The translations under genes and the position numbers were made by a program. 64,000 nt of DNA from Armatimonadota bacterium (lineage in GTDB: Bacteria; Sysuimicrobiota; Sysuimicrobiia; Sysuimicrobiales; Sysuimicrobiaceae): the NCBI GenBank assembly GCA_025059775.1, contig JANXCW010000003.1, forward strand, positions 80,284-144,283, read 5' to 3'. The stretch's first letter is position 1, and the number at the start of each line of letters is the position of its first letter. This document shows positions 27,575-37,518 of this stretch, piece by piece. The notes under the pieces were generated by a model that saw only the letters and a list, made by a program, of their open reading frames with translations, was not told the origin of the DNA and did no database searches.

Positions 27575-27650
27575 TTGACAAAATTCCAGGGGGTTTGCTG
27601 TACTGAAGCCGATTGTTCTAAATATCGGATAATGTCCGGATATCCGAACA
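27575..27650 (+). promoter_or_regulatory. AT-rich promoter/operator region: TTGACA -35-like box plus clustered CGGATA / TATCCG repeats
   Basis: TTGACA at 27575-27580, followed by ATCGGATAATGTCCGGATATCCGAAC containing the palindrome CGGATATCCG and a direct CGGATA repeat. Lies between the IclR stop and the ALDH start. Confidence 0.35.
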
Positions 27651-27698
27651 CCCCCCAGGGGAAGGTACCCCGGGGAGGATGGGTGGGAGGATCACGGG

Positions 27699-29159
27699 AT
27701 GCGGGGCGTGGAGGTCCAGGAGGTTCTGAACTGCGTGGGTGGGGTGTGGAAGCGGCCCCAGGGGCAGGAGGTCCTGCCCGTGTACAACCCCGCCACCGGG
27801 GAGGTCATCGCGCGGGTGGTGACGAGCAGCCCGGAGGACGTGGACCGGGCGGCCCTGGCCGCGGCCCGCGCGGGTGCGGAGTGGCGCCGAACTCCGCCCA
27901 CGGAGCGGGTGCAATACCTGTTCCGGTTGAAACACCTGCTGGAGGAGAACCTGGAGGACCTCGCCCGCACCATCACGGAGGAATGCGGGAAAACGTATGC
28001 GGAGGCCGTAGGGGAGCTGCGGCGGGGCATCGAGAACGTGGAGGTGGCCTGCGGGATCCCCAGCCTCATGCAGGGGTACAACAACGAGGACATCGCCCGG
28101 GGTATCGACGAGTACATGTTTCGGCAGCCCGTGGGCGTGGTGGCCGCCATCACCCCGTTCAACTTCCCTGGGATGATCCCCCTGTGGTTTTTGCCGTACG
28201 CCATCGCGTGCGGCAACACGTTTATCGTGAAACCGTCTGAGAAGACGCCGCTGACGATGCAGAAGCTCATGCGCCTGGTGGAGCAGACAGGGCTTCCGCC
28301 GGGCGTGGTGAACGTGGTGAACGGGGCGAAGGAGACGGTAGACGCCCTCCTGGATCACCCGCTGATCCGGGCCATCAGCTTCGTGGGCTCCACCCCCGTG
28401 GCGAAGTATGTGTACGCACGGGCCGCCGCGGGGGGCAAGCGCGCCCAGTGCCAGGGTGGAGCGAAGAACCCCGTGATCGTGCTCCCGGACGCGGATCTGG
28501 AGTGGGTACCCCGGGCCGTGGCCGATTCCGCCTTCGGGTGCGCGGGGCAGCGGTGCCTGGCGAGCTCGCTGGCGGTGGTGGTGGGCGAAGCGCAGGGGCG
28601 GTTTCGGGAGGCCATCGCAGACCTGGCCGCCTCCCGCCGGGTGGGGTACGGGCTGGATCCGGGAGTGGAGATGGGGCCGGTGATCCGGCGGGAGAGCAAG
28701 GAGCGCATCGAGGGACTCATCGGCAAAGGCGCGGAGGAAGGAGCCCGGATCCTGGTGGACGGACGGGGCGCTCGGATCCCTGGATATGAGGGCGGCTTCT
28801 TCGTGCGGCCCACGGTGCTGGAGGACGTCCCGCCGGAAGGTCTAGTTGCCCGCACGGAGATCTTCGGACCGGTGCTGGGCCTGATCTATGTGCGGGACCT
28901 GGACGAGGCCATTCAGCTGGTGAACCGGGGCCAGTACGGGAACATGGCCTGCCTGTTCACCCGCAGCGGGGCCGCGGCCCGGAAGTTCCGCTATGAGGCG
29001 CAGGTGGGCAACATCGGGATCAACGTGGGGGTGGCCCAGCCCATCGCCTTCTACCCCTTCGGGGGCATGAAGGAGAGCTTCTTCGGCGACCTCCACGGCC
29101 AGGGGCGGGACGCGGTGGAGTTCTACACGGAGAAGAAGATCGTGGTGGAGCGGTGGTAG
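27699..29159 (+). CDS. CoA-acylating methylmalonate-semialdehyde dehydrogenase-like aldehyde dehydrogenase
   Basis: GGGAGGA RBS. ALDH catalytic region ([12 protein letters not shown]..., [11 protein letters not shown] with catalytic Cys) and an MmsA-like overall pattern. Confidence 0.85.
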   Translation: MRGVEVQEVLNCVGGVWKRPQGQEVLPVYNPATGEVIARVVTSSPEDVDRAALAAARAGAEWRRTPPTERVQYLFRLKHLLEENLEDLARTITEECGKTYAEAVGELRRGIENVEVACGIPSLMQGYNNEDIARGIDEYMFRQPVGVVAAITPFNFPGMIPLWFLPYAIACGNTFIVKPSEKTPLTMQKLMRLVEQTGLPPGVVNVVNGAKETVDALLDHPLIRAISFVGSTPVAKYVYARAAAGGKRAQCQGGAKNPVIVLPDADLEWVPRAVADSAFGCAGQRCLASSLAVVVGEAQGRFREAIADLAASRRVGYGLDPGVEMGPVIRRESKERIEGLIGKGAEEGARILVDGRGARIPGYEGGFFVRPTVLEDVPPEGLVARTEIFGPVLGLIYVRDLDEAIQLVNRGQYGNMACLFTRSGAAARKFRYEAQVGNIGINVGVAQPIAFYPFGGMKESFFGDLHGQGRDAVEFYTEKKIVVERW

Positions 29160-29182
29160 TTCCCCGTTGACGGCACCCGAGG

Positions 29183-30046
29183 ATGAAACCGGCGCCGTTT
29201 CGGTACGTACGGCCGCAGACCCGCATGGAGGCCATGGAGGCGCTTGCCCGCTACGGGGAGGACGCCAAGGTGCTGGCGGGGGGGCAGAGTTTGGTGCCTC
29301 TGATGAATCTGCGGCTCGCCCGCCCCAAGGTGTTGGTGGACATCAACCGCGTCGCGGAGCTGGGAACCCTGGAGCGGCGGGATGGAGTGCTGATCCTGGG
29401 AGCCCTCGTCCGGCACCGGCAGGTGGAGCGGGATGTGAGGGTAACGGAAGCCTGTCCCATCCTGAGTCGGGCCGCAGCCCACATCGGGTTTCCCGCCGTC
29501 CGGAACCGCGGGACCGTGGGAGGAAGTCTCGCCCATGCGGATCCCGCGGCAGAACTCGGTTGCGTGCTTCTCGCCACGGGGGCCGTGGTGGTGCTGGAGT
29601 CCACAGACGGCCGACGGGAAGTGCCGATCGAAGATCTGTTCGTGGGTCCCTACACCACCTGCATCCGCCCTGAGGAACTCCTGGTGGAGGTCCGGGTACC
29701 CGTGTTCGGAGAGACCACCCGCTGGGGATTTGCGGAGTTCACCCGCCACGAGGGTGGGTTCGCCCTAGCCCTGGCCGCCTGCGTACTCCACCTGGACGGG
29801 CAGGGCAGGGTGGCTGCTGCCCGGGTGGCGGTGGGCGGTGCAGGACCCGTTCCGGTAAGGCTTCGCGAGGCCGAGCAGGTCCTACAGGGCGCTCCCCTCT
29901 CGGAGGAGCGGGTGGCCGAGGCTGCCTCCTTCGCCTGCGCCGTGGAGGGCTACGACGACGTCCACGCGCCCGCCTGGTACCGCCAGCGGCTGGCAGGCTG
30001 GCTCGTACGCCGGGTGCTTCAACAGGCCGTGGGAGAGGAGATGTAA
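29183..30046 (+). CDS. Molybdopterin dehydrogenase FAD-binding subunit (CoxM/XdhB-like medium subunit)
   Basis: MKPAPFRYVRPQT..VLAGGQSLVPLMNLRLARP...AVRNRGTVGGSLAHADPAAE matches the FAD_binding_5/CO_deh_flav_C family. Confidence 0.85.
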   Translation: MKPAPFRYVRPQTRMEAMEALARYGEDAKVLAGGQSLVPLMNLRLARPKVLVDINRVAELGTLERRDGVLILGALVRHRQVERDVRVTEACPILSRAAAHIGFPAVRNRGTVGGSLAHADPAAELGCVLLATGAVVVLESTDGRREVPIEDLFVGPYTTCIRPEELLVEVRVPVFGETTRWGFAEFTRHEGGFALALAACVLHLDGQGRVAAARVAVGGAGPVPVRLREAEQVLQGAPLSEERVAEAASFACAVEGYDDVHAPAWYRQRLAGWLVRRVLQQAVGEEM

Positions 30047-30540
30047 TGGACCGTATCTCCATCGCCCTGTCGGTCAACGGCAAGCCCTACCAGTTGGCGG
30101 TAGAGCCGCGCCGCCTGTTGGCGGACGTCCTGCGCCGCGATCTGGGGTTCACGGGCGTGCATCTGGGGTGCGAGCACGGGGTGTGCGGCGCGTGCACCGT
30201 GCTCCTGGATGGGGAGGTGGTGCGTTCCTGCCTGATGTTCGCGGTGCAGGCGGACGGATATGAGATCCTTACGGTGGAGGGGCTGAACACCTCCGGGGAA
30301 CTTCACCCCGTCCAGCGGGCGTTCATCGAGGAGTTCGGGTTCCAGTGTGGGTTCTGCACGCCCGGCATGATCCTCTCCGCATACCGCCTGCTGCAGGAGC
30401 ATCCGAATCCCTCGGAGTACGAGATCCGTCGTGCTCTTGCGGGCAACCTGTGCCGCTGCACGGGATACGTGGATATTGTGCGGTCCGTTCAGCGCGCTGC
30501 TGTGCTCCTCACGCAGAGGGAGGCATACCGTGCTCCCTAG
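30046..30540 (+). CDS. (2Fe-2S)-binding small subunit of a molybdenum hydroxylase (CoxS-like)
   Basis: [15 protein letters not shown] (plant-type ferredoxin cluster) and QCGFCTPGM...CRCTGY (second cluster). Start overlaps the upstream TAA by 1 nt. Confidence 0.9.
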   Translation: MDRISIALSVNGKPYQLAVEPRRLLADVLRRDLGFTGVHLGCEHGVCGACTVLLDGEVVRSCLMFAVQADGYEILTVEGLNTSGELHPVQRAFIEEFGFQCGFCTPGMILSAYRLLQEHPNPSEYEIRRALAGNLCRCTGYVDIVRSVQRAAVLLTQREAYRAP

Positions 30541-32887
30541 CGGCCGGTACGTGGGCCAGCGCGTCCCCCGTTGGGAGGACCGTCGGTTCGTGGAGGGCCG
30601 GGGACGGTACCTGGATGACCTCAGTCTTCCGGATCAGGTAGAGGTCGCTTTCGCCCGCAGTCCTTACGCCCATGCGCGCATTCGGCGCATCGACCTACAG
30701 GCCGCCCGGAGCCATCCGGAGGCGATCGGGGTGTATGCGTGGGAGGATCTGCGGGACCTCCTGCGTCCCTACTGGACCATGCCGCGGGGTCCTATCCGGC
30801 AGGCGCGCGTCACACCCCTGGCTAGCGAAAAAGTGCGGTGGGTCGGAGAACCGGTGGCCGTGGTGGTGGCGCGGGATCGGTATGTGGCGGAGGACCTGTG
30901 TGAGCTCGTGACGGTGGAGTACGAGCCGCTTGCCCCGGTGGTAGACGCGCTGGAGGCGATGAAGCCCGACAGCCCCCGGCTGTACGAGGAGTGGCCGGAC
31001 AACGTGGTCTCCCACCAGACCTTCCAGGCGGGGAATCCCGAAGCAGAGCTCAGGGGCTGTGCCGTAGTGGTCCGGAAGCGCTTCCGCAGCAATCGGGTCA
31101 CCGCGGTGCCCCTGGAGGGCCGGGGAGTTCTGGCTCGCTGGGACCCGCGGGAGGAAACCCTCACGGTGTGGATGGGGCACCAGGATGTGCACCTCGCCCG
31201 GGCAGTGCTCTCCGAGATCCTGGGCTTGCCCCTGAGCCGGATCCGCGTGGTCAGCCCGGACGTGGGGGGAGCCTTCGGAATCAAGTTGCCCATCTATCCG
31301 GAGGAGATGGTGGTGTGCGCCCTCTCAAGGCTTTTGGGGCGGCCCGTGAAGTGGGTGCAGGATCGACGGGAGAGCCTGCTGGGCGACACGCACGCGCGGG
31401 AAGCCGTGGTGGATGTGGAGGCGGGCTTCGACGCCGCGGGGAAGCTCCGGGCCATGCGGATCCACGTGATCAGCGATGCGGGCGCCTACGCGGTGGCGGG
31501 GCGGGGTCCCATCATCGAGGGCAGCATGCTGGCCCGGGAGCTCCCGGGACCGTACGATCTGCGCCACTACGCCTACACCCTGGACGTGGTGATGACCAAT
31601 AAGGCACCCGTGGCCGTGTACCGGGGCGTGGCCATCCCCGTGAGTACCTTTGTCATGGAACGGGTGATGGACCTCGCCGCGGACGCCCTCCAGATGGACC
31701 CCGCGGAGATCCGGCGCCGGAACCTCATCCGCACGTTCCCCTACGCGACGGTCACCGGGCACGTCTACGACGCGGGTCAGTACCTGGAGGGCCTGGAGAA
31801 GCTGCTGGAACTCGTGGACTACGGAAGGTGGAGGGCGGAGCAGGCGCGGCTGCGGGAGCAGGGGCGCTACCTGGGCGTGGGGATCTGCTGTCTTGTGGAC
31901 GCCACCGCCCGGGGAGGCGGGTTCTACGGTCGGCTGGGGCTGAAGGCGGCCACCCAGGAGGGCTGCATCCTCCGGGTGGATCCCTCCGGCGGGATCATCG
32001 CGGCTTTGGGGACCACCACGCAAGGGCAGGGGCTGCACACGGCGCTCGCGCAGCTCATCGCGGACACCCTCGGGGTTCCCCTGGAGCGGGTCACCGTGGT
32101 GATGGGGGATACCGCCACCACCCCATATGGCGGAGGAGCCTGGGCCAGCCGGGGGGCCGTGGCGGGTGGAGCCGTGGCCCTGCTGGCGGCCCGGAGGTTG
32201 CGGGAGAAAATCCAGCACATCGCGGCCCACCTGCTGGAAGCCGCGCCGGAGGACATCGAACTGGCGGAGGGACGTGCCTTTGTGCGGGGTACCACGGCCC
32301 GCAGTCTGTCGCTGGAGGAGATCGCCCACACCGCCTACTTCGTGGCCGTGGACCTGCCCGCTAGAATGGAGCCAGGCCTGGAGGTGATGGTCCACTGGGA
32401 GCCGGAGATCCCCGCCACCTTTGCATATACGGCGCAGGCCATGGTGGTGGAGGTGCAGCCCGAGACGGGGGCCGTGAACATTTTGAAATACGTCGTGGTG
32501 GAGGATTGCGGCCCCATCATCAACCCGGGGCTCGTGGACGGGCAGCTGCGGGGCGGAATCCTGCAGGGCCTGGGCCAGGCCCTCTACGAGGACCTCGTGT
32601 ACGACGCCCAGGGGCAGCTGCTCACCTCCACCCTCCTGGACTACCTCCTTCCCGGGTTCTGTGAGGCGCCGGAAGTGGAGATCCACCACCTCTCGACCCC
32701 GTCCACGCGGACCGTGGGGGGGCTGCGGGGGATGGCGGAGAGTGGGACCGCTGGTGCGCCCGCGGTGCTGGCGAATGCGGTGGCGGATGCCCTCAAGCCG
32801 TTCGGAGCGGAAGTCACCGCCCTTCCGCTCAGTCCCGCGCGGGTGGCGGAGCTGATACGGGGTCAGAAACCGACGAAAGGAGGGTGA
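30530..32887 (+). CDS. Molybdopterin-binding large subunit of a xanthine-dehydrogenase-family hydroxylase (not a canonical CO dehydrogenase)
   Basis: GTG 30530 after GAGGGAGG. Ald_Xan_dh_C/C2 architecture. The active-site loop reads AVYRGVAIP, not the CODH form I AYRCSFR or form II AYRGAGR. Confidence 0.8.
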   Translation: MLPSGRYVGQRVPRWEDRRFVEGRGRYLDDLSLPDQVEVAFARSPYAHARIRRIDLQAARSHPEAIGVYAWEDLRDLLRPYWTMPRGPIRQARVTPLASEKVRWVGEPVAVVVARDRYVAEDLCELVTVEYEPLAPVVDALEAMKPDSPRLYEEWPDNVVSHQTFQAGNPEAELRGCAVVVRKRFRSNRVTAVPLEGRGVLARWDPREETLTVWMGHQDVHLARAVLSEILGLPLSRIRVVSPDVGGAFGIKLPIYPEEMVVCALSRLLGRPVKWVQDRRESLLGDTHAREAVVDVEAGFDAAGKLRAMRIHVISDAGAYAVAGRGPIIEGSMLARELPGPYDLRHYAYTLDVVMTNKAPVAVYRGVAIPVSTFVMERVMDLAADALQMDPAEIRRRNLIRTFPYATVTGHVYDAGQYLEGLEKLLELVDYGRWRAEQARLREQGRYLGVGICCLVDATARGGGFYGRLGLKAATQEGCILRVDPSGGIIAALGTTTQGQGLHTALAQLIADTLGVPLERVTVVMGDTATTPYGGGAWASRGAVAGGAVALLAARRLREKIQHIAAHLLEAAPEDIELAEGRAFVRGTTARSLSLEEIAHTAYFVAVDLPARMEPGLEVMVHWEPEIPATFAYTAQAMVVEVQPETGAVNILKYVVVEDCGPIINPGLVDGQLRGGILQGLGQALYEDLVYDAQGQLLTSTLLDYLLPGFCEAPEVEIHHLSTPSTRTVGGLRGMAESGTAGAPAVLANAVADALKPFGAEVTALPLSPARVAELIRGQKPTKGG

Positions 32888-32892
32888 GGCGG

Positions 32893-34119
32893 ATGAAAAT
32901 CACACGGCGGGAGTTCCTGAGAGGTGCGCTGGCAGGAGGGGCAGCCCTGGCTGTCCCGGAGGCTCTGCGCTCCATCGCCCATGCGGCACCCCGGGAGCCC
33001 ATCCGCATTGGGTTCCCCGCCCCGCTCACGGGAGCCTTTGCGGACGAGGCGAACTACATGGTACAGGGAGCCACCCTGGCGGTGGAGGAGTTCAACCGGG
33101 CCGGGGGTGTGCTGGGCCGGCAGGTGGAGCTCCTCGTGCGGGACGATAGGCTCAGCCCAGATGAGGGAGCCCGGCGTGCGCTGGAGCTCATCGAGCGGGA
33201 GCGGGTGCACTTCCTGGCGGGCGTGCTCTCCGCCGCGGTGCAGCTCGCGGTGAACGAGGTGGCCAAGCGCCACCGCCGGATCTTCGTCTCCACCAGCCAG
33301 TCGGACAAGATCGTCATGCCTCCGGATTTCAGCCCGTGGACCTTCCACGAGGCCCTCACACCCTGGATGACCTCCACCGCCCTGGCCCGGTATGTCCTGC
33401 GGGAGGGCCGCGGAAAGCGGGTGTACATCCTCTATGCAGACTACGCCTACGGACAGGAGCACACCGCCGCCTGGCGCCGCGTGATCGGGGAGGTGGGAGC
33501 GACCCTGGTGGGGGTGGATCCACACCCCCTCGGTACCACGGACTACTCCGCATACCTGCCGAAGATCGTGGCAGCCCGTCCTGACGTGCTGGTGCTGAAC
33601 AACTTCGGAAGGGACATCGTGAATTCCGCCAAGCAGGCGGTGGAACTGGGCCTCAAGCAACGGGCGCAGATCGCGGTTCCCATCATCCCTACCGCCGCAG
33701 CCCTGGAGGCGGGTCCGGAGGTGCTCGGAGACGTGGTGTGTGCCTCAAGCTACTGGTGGGAGGTCCAGGAGCGGATTCCCAAGGCGAAGGAGTTCAACAC
33801 GAAGTTCAGCCGGCGCTTCAACCGGGTGCCCTCGGACTACGCGGCCTACGCCTACAGCGGCGTGCGGGAGCTACTGGAGGCCGTGCAGCGGACCGGAACC
33901 ACGGACAGCGACCGGGTGGCAAAGGCCATGGAGGGACGCCGCTACGCCCACTACAAGGACACCCAGTACTGGCGCGCGTGCGACCACCAGTCCGTCCAGA
34001 CCATCTTCCTCCTGCGGGGACGGGAGCGGCCGCGGGGGCCTTATGGGCTCTTCGACATCATCGCCACTGTGGAGGGGGAGCGCGTGATCCCCAGCTGCGA
34101 GGCCCTGGGACACCGCTAG
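32893..34119 (+). CDS. Branched-chain-amino-acid-type (Liv-family) ABC transporter substrate-binding protein, Tat signal
   Basis: MKITRREFLRGALAGGAALAVPEA signal, then the periplasmic binding fold of the LivJ/LivK family (..IRIGFPAPLTGAFADEANYMVQGATLAVEEFN..). Confidence 0.85.
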   Translation: MKITRREFLRGALAGGAALAVPEALRSIAHAAPREPIRIGFPAPLTGAFADEANYMVQGATLAVEEFNRAGGVLGRQVELLVRDDRLSPDEGARRALELIERERVHFLAGVLSAAVQLAVNEVAKRHRRIFVSTSQSDKIVMPPDFSPWTFHEALTPWMTSTALARYVLREGRGKRVYILYADYAYGQEHTAAWRRVIGEVGATLVGVDPHPLGTTDYSAYLPKIVAARPDVLVLNNFGRDIVNSAKQAVELGLKQRAQIAVPIIPTAAALEAGPEVLGDVVCASSYWWEVQERIPKAKEFNTKFSRRFNRVPSDYAAYAYSGVRELLEAVQRTGTTDSDRVAKAMEGRRYAHYKDTQYWRACDHQSVQTIFLLRGRERPRGPYGLFDIIATVEGERVIPSCEALGHR

Positions 34120-34141
34120 GGGAGGAGACGAGGCGGTCCCC

Positions 34142-35005
34142 GTGAGCGGGCAAGCCCTGTTGCTGCAGCTCGTGACGGGCGTGGTGGTAGGTGCCATCTG
34201 GGTGATCGTGGCCATTGGGCTTTCCCTTATTTTCGGGATCCTGCGCATTGTGAACTTCGCCCACGGCGCCTTCTACATGCTCGGAGCATACCTGGCCGCC
34301 TTCGCCGTCGGCTGGACCGGACACTTCTGGATTGCTCTCCTCGTGGCTCCCTTGAGCATGGCTGCCTTCGGCGTGCTGGTGGAGCGGGGACTGATCGGGC
34401 GGCTCTACGGCCGGGGCCTTGTTTACAGCGTGCTGGCCACCTACGCGGTCAGCCTGGTCGTGATCGAGGGGGTCAAGATCCTGTGGGGAACCGTGGGCCC
34501 TCAGTTCCGGGTGCCCGCGGAACTGGCGGGCATGGTGAACCTGGGGTTCAGTCTCTTCCCCAAATACCGGTTGTTCGTGCTCCTGGCTACAGCCCTCACG
34601 GTGTTGGGCGTGTGGTGGTGGCTGCACCGCACGCCCATGGGGCTCTTTGTCCGGGCCGCGAGCCAGGACCCTCTGATGACGCAGGCTCTGGGGGTGGACA
34701 TCGCCCGGGTGCTGGCCGGCGCCTTCGGCGCAGGGGTCGCCCTGGCGGGGCTAGGAGGGACTCTGGCGGGGCCCCTGCGGGGCGTCTTCCCGGAAATGGG
34801 GCTCGATATCCTCGTGGAGTCCTTCGTGGTCGTGGTCATCGGAGGGATGGGGAGCCTGCTGGGCGCGGTGGTGGCAGGGCTGCTGGTGGGTGTGGTTCAA
34901 AGCTTCACCTTCCTCCTGGCCCCGGTGTTCGCGCACGTGGTCCTCTTCCTCCTCATGATCGCCACCCTGCTGGTTCGGCCCCAGGGTCTGTTCGGCACGG
35001 AGTGA
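34142..35005 (+). CDS. Branched-chain amino acid ABC transporter permease (LivH-type)
   Basis: GTG 34142. Polytopic LivH-like permease (..IVNFAHGAFYMLGAYLA..). Confidence 0.85.
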   Translation: MSGQALLLQLVTGVVVGAIWVIVAIGLSLIFGILRIVNFAHGAFYMLGAYLAAFAVGWTGHFWIALLVAPLSMAAFGVLVERGLIGRLYGRGLVYSVLATYAVSLVVIEGVKILWGTVGPQFRVPAELAGMVNLGFSLFPKYRLFVLLATALTVLGVWWWLHRTPMGLFVRAASQDPLMTQALGVDIARVLAGAFGAGVALAGLGGTLAGPLRGVFPEMGLDILVESFVVVVIGGMGSLLGAVVAGLLVGVVQSFTFLLAPVFAHVVLFLLMIATLLVRPQGLFGTE

Positions 35006-35014
35006 GGGGTAGGC

Positions 35015-36031
35015 ATGGAGCTGAAGGTCCCGTCTGAATTGCTCATGACCCGCCGGCCCCTGCAGGCCCTGGCCTTTCCCGCGGCCCTGGTCGCCTTCCT
35101 CGTCCTCCTTCCCGTGGGGCTCCCCTACGAGGCCCTGGCAGCCCAGATCCTCGTATACGCCCTGTTCAGCCTGGGTTACAACCTGCTCTTTGGGTACACG
35201 GGGCTACTGTCCTTCGGGCACGCGGCCTTCTTCGGACTGGGAGGCTACACCGCGGGGCTGCTGGCCCGGAGGATCACCGCGAACGTGCTGTGGACCCTCC
35301 CCGCCGCCGTCGTCGTCGGTGCGGTGGCGGGAGCGGTGGTGGGGTTTTTCTGTCTCCGCCGGCGGGGGGACTACTTCTCCCTCATGACCCTGGCCTTCGG
35401 GCAGCTTCTGTACTTCATCGCGCACCAGTGGCGGGAGCTGACGGGGGGTGATGACGGTCTGCGTGGGATCCCCACGGCCTACCTGCAACTGGGACCGTGG
35501 ACGTTCCCGCTGGAGAGCTCCCGGGACGTCTACGTCCTCATCGCCACGCTGACCTTCGCGGGGTTCCTAGGCTTCCGGAGGTTGCTCCGCTCCCCCTTTG
35601 GCAGCGCCCTGCAGGCCATCCGGGAGAACGAGCTCCGGGCGGAGGCCGTGGGCTACGACACCTTTCGTCTGAAGCTGTGGGCCTTTGTGCTCTCCGCGGC
35701 CCTGAGCAGCGCCGCGGGGGCCCTGAACGTGTACCTCCTGAAGTTCGTGGGCCTCAACAGCCTGCACTGGACCACTTCCGGTTACGCGGTTCTGATCACC
35801 ATCCTGGGAGGAGCGGGGACGCTGCTGGGACCCCTCGTGGGAGCCCTAGCCTTCGTGGGGCTGCAGGACGTCCTCAGCGCCATTCCCGCCATCGTGGACC
35901 GATGGCCCTTTTTTGTGGGGCTGCTGTTCATTGTGTGCGTCCTGGTGTTCCCGCACGGGATCTGGGGGACTGTGGAGCGGCTGCAGGCCCGGCTGCGGTG
36001 GCGTGCGGTTCCAGGAGGGGTGGAGGGATGA
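35015..36031 (+). CDS. Branched-chain amino acid ABC transporter permease (LivM-type)
   Basis: LivM-like permease (..FGYTGLLSFGHAAFFGLGGYTAGLL..). Confidence 0.85.
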   Translation: MELKVPSELLMTRRPLQALAFPAALVAFLVLLPVGLPYEALAAQILVYALFSLGYNLLFGYTGLLSFGHAAFFGLGGYTAGLLARRITANVLWTLPAAVVVGAVAGAVVGFFCLRRRGDYFSLMTLAFGQLLYFIAHQWRELTGGDDGLRGIPTAYLQLGPWTFPLESSRDVYVLIATLTFAGFLGFRRLLRSPFGSALQAIRENELRAEAVGYDTFRLKLWAFVLSAALSSAAGALNVYLLKFVGLNSLHWTTSGYAVLITILGGAGTLLGPLVGALAFVGLQDVLSAIPAIVDRWPFFVGLLFIVCVLVFPHGIWGTVERLQARLRWRAVPGGVEG

Positions 36032-36777
36032 CGGCACCGGTGCTCGCAACGGAGCGGCTGACCCGGCGGTTCGGATCCCTGGCCGCGGTGGACGAGGTGA
36101 GCCTAGCCTTGTGGCCCGGGGAGATCCGGGGGATCATCGGACCGAACGGGGCCGGCAAGAGTACCCTCCTCCGCTTGATGGCGGGAGAGATCCGGCCGAG
36201 CGCGGGGAGGATCCTCTACCGGGGCCAGGACATAACGGGCCGGTCCATGTACCAGCTGGCGCGAAGCGGTATTGTGAAGTCCTTTCAGATCACGCAGGTG
36301 TTCCCGAACCTCACCTGCCTGGAGAACGTCCGGGTGGTGGTCCAGGGACCCGGTCGGGCGTGGAACTTCTGGCAGCGGGTGGATCTGGATCGGACCACCC
36401 TGGAGCGGGCGGAAGCCCTGCTGGCCCGGGTGGGGCTGTACGGGAAGCGGGACCTCCCCGCCTATGCGCTGTCCCACGGGGAACAGCGGCACCTGGAGAT
36501 CGCCATGGCCCTCGCCATGGATCCGGTGGTTCTGCTCCTGGACGAGCCGACCGCAGGGATGAGCGCGGAGGAGATCCAGAGCACCATGAAGCTCCTGCAG
36601 GACGTGGCACGGGAGCGGACCATCGTCATCGTGGAGCACAAGATGCCCGTCATCATGAACCTCTGTCAACGGATCACCGTGCTGCACTTCGGGCGCATCC
36701 TGGCGGAGGGGACTCCGGAGGAGATCCAGGCGTCCGAGGAGGTTCAGGCGGTGTACCTGGGGAGGGCCCGGGGATGA
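36028..36777 (+). CDS. ABC transporter ATP-binding protein (LivG-type)
   Basis: ATGA overlap. Walker A GPNGAGKSTLL, signature LSHGEQRHLEIAMAL, Walker B LLLDEPTAGM. Confidence 0.9.
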   Translation: MTAPVLATERLTRRFGSLAAVDEVSLALWPGEIRGIIGPNGAGKSTLLRLMAGEIRPSAGRILYRGQDITGRSMYQLARSGIVKSFQITQVFPNLTCLENVRVVVQGPGRAWNFWQRVDLDRTTLERAEALLARVGLYGKRDLPAYALSHGEQRHLEIAMALAMDPVVLLLDEPTAGMSAEEIQSTMKLLQDVARERTIVIVEHKMPVIMNLCQRITVLHFGRILAEGTPEEIQASEEVQAVYLGRARG

Positions 36778-37502
36778 GCCGGGAGGCACTGCGGCTGGAG
36801 GACGTTCACGCGTACTACGGGAAGAGCCATGTGCTCCAGGGCGTCTCCCTGGAGGTGGCGGAGGGGGAGTTCGTGGCCCTAGTCGGGCGCAACGGAGCGG
36901 GCAAGTCCACCATCCTCAAGAGCATCATGGGCATCGTGCCACCACGCACGGGCCGGGTGCTGCTGGGAGGGCAGGAGATCACCGGGTTCGCCCCACACGA
37001 GGTCTCCCGACGCGGGATCGCGTGGGTACCCGAAGAGCGCCGGGTGCTCCCGGAGCTCACCGTGGAGGAGAACCTGTGGCTCGCCCTGCACGCCGCGGGC
37101 ATAAGGGGGAGGGAGGCCAGCGCGCGGCTGGAGGATGCCTTCTCCCTGTTCCCCAGACTTCGGGAGCGGCTCCATCAGAAAGGCCGGACCCTCTCCGGCG
37201 GGGAGCAGCAGATGCTCGCCATCGCCCGGGCCCTGGTGGTGCGTCCCAAGGTCATGCTGGTGGACGAGCCCACCCAAGGGTTGATGCCCCGTCTGGTGAG
37301 CGCCCTGGCGGATGTCCTGCGGGAGATCCACGCCCGCGGGGTGACGGTGGTGCTGGTGGAGCAAATGGTCACGGTGGCCATGGAGCTGGCGCAACGGCTG
37401 TACATCGTGGATCAGGGAAGGGTGCGACTGTGTGCCACTCCCCAGGACATCCAGCGGGATCCACAGCTCGTGCAGTCCCTGCTGGGGGTCTCGGGGGTCT
37501 AG
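36774..37502 (+). CDS. ABC transporter ATP-binding protein (LivF-type)
   Basis: ATGA overlap. GRNGAGKSTIL, LSGGEQQMLAIARAL, MLVDEPTQGL. Confidence 0.9.
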   Translation: MSREALRLEDVHAYYGKSHVLQGVSLEVAEGEFVALVGRNGAGKSTILKSIMGIVPPRTGRVLLGGQEITGFAPHEVSRRGIAWVPEERRVLPELTVEENLWLALHAAGIRGREASARLEDAFSLFPRLRERLHQKGRTLSGGEQQMLAIARALVVRPKVMLVDEPTQGLMPRLVSALADVLREIHARGVTVVLVEQMVTVAMELAQRLYIVDQGRVRLCATPQDIQRDPQLVQSLLGVSGV

Positions 37503-37518
37503 GAACAGGAGGGAGCGC

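Noticed and set aside
29183-32887. Annotating the Mo-enzyme as aerobic carbon monoxide dehydrogenase (coxMSL)
   Set aside because: The large subunit lacks both CODH active-site loop motifs. Only the generic xanthine-dehydrogenase-family call is supportable.
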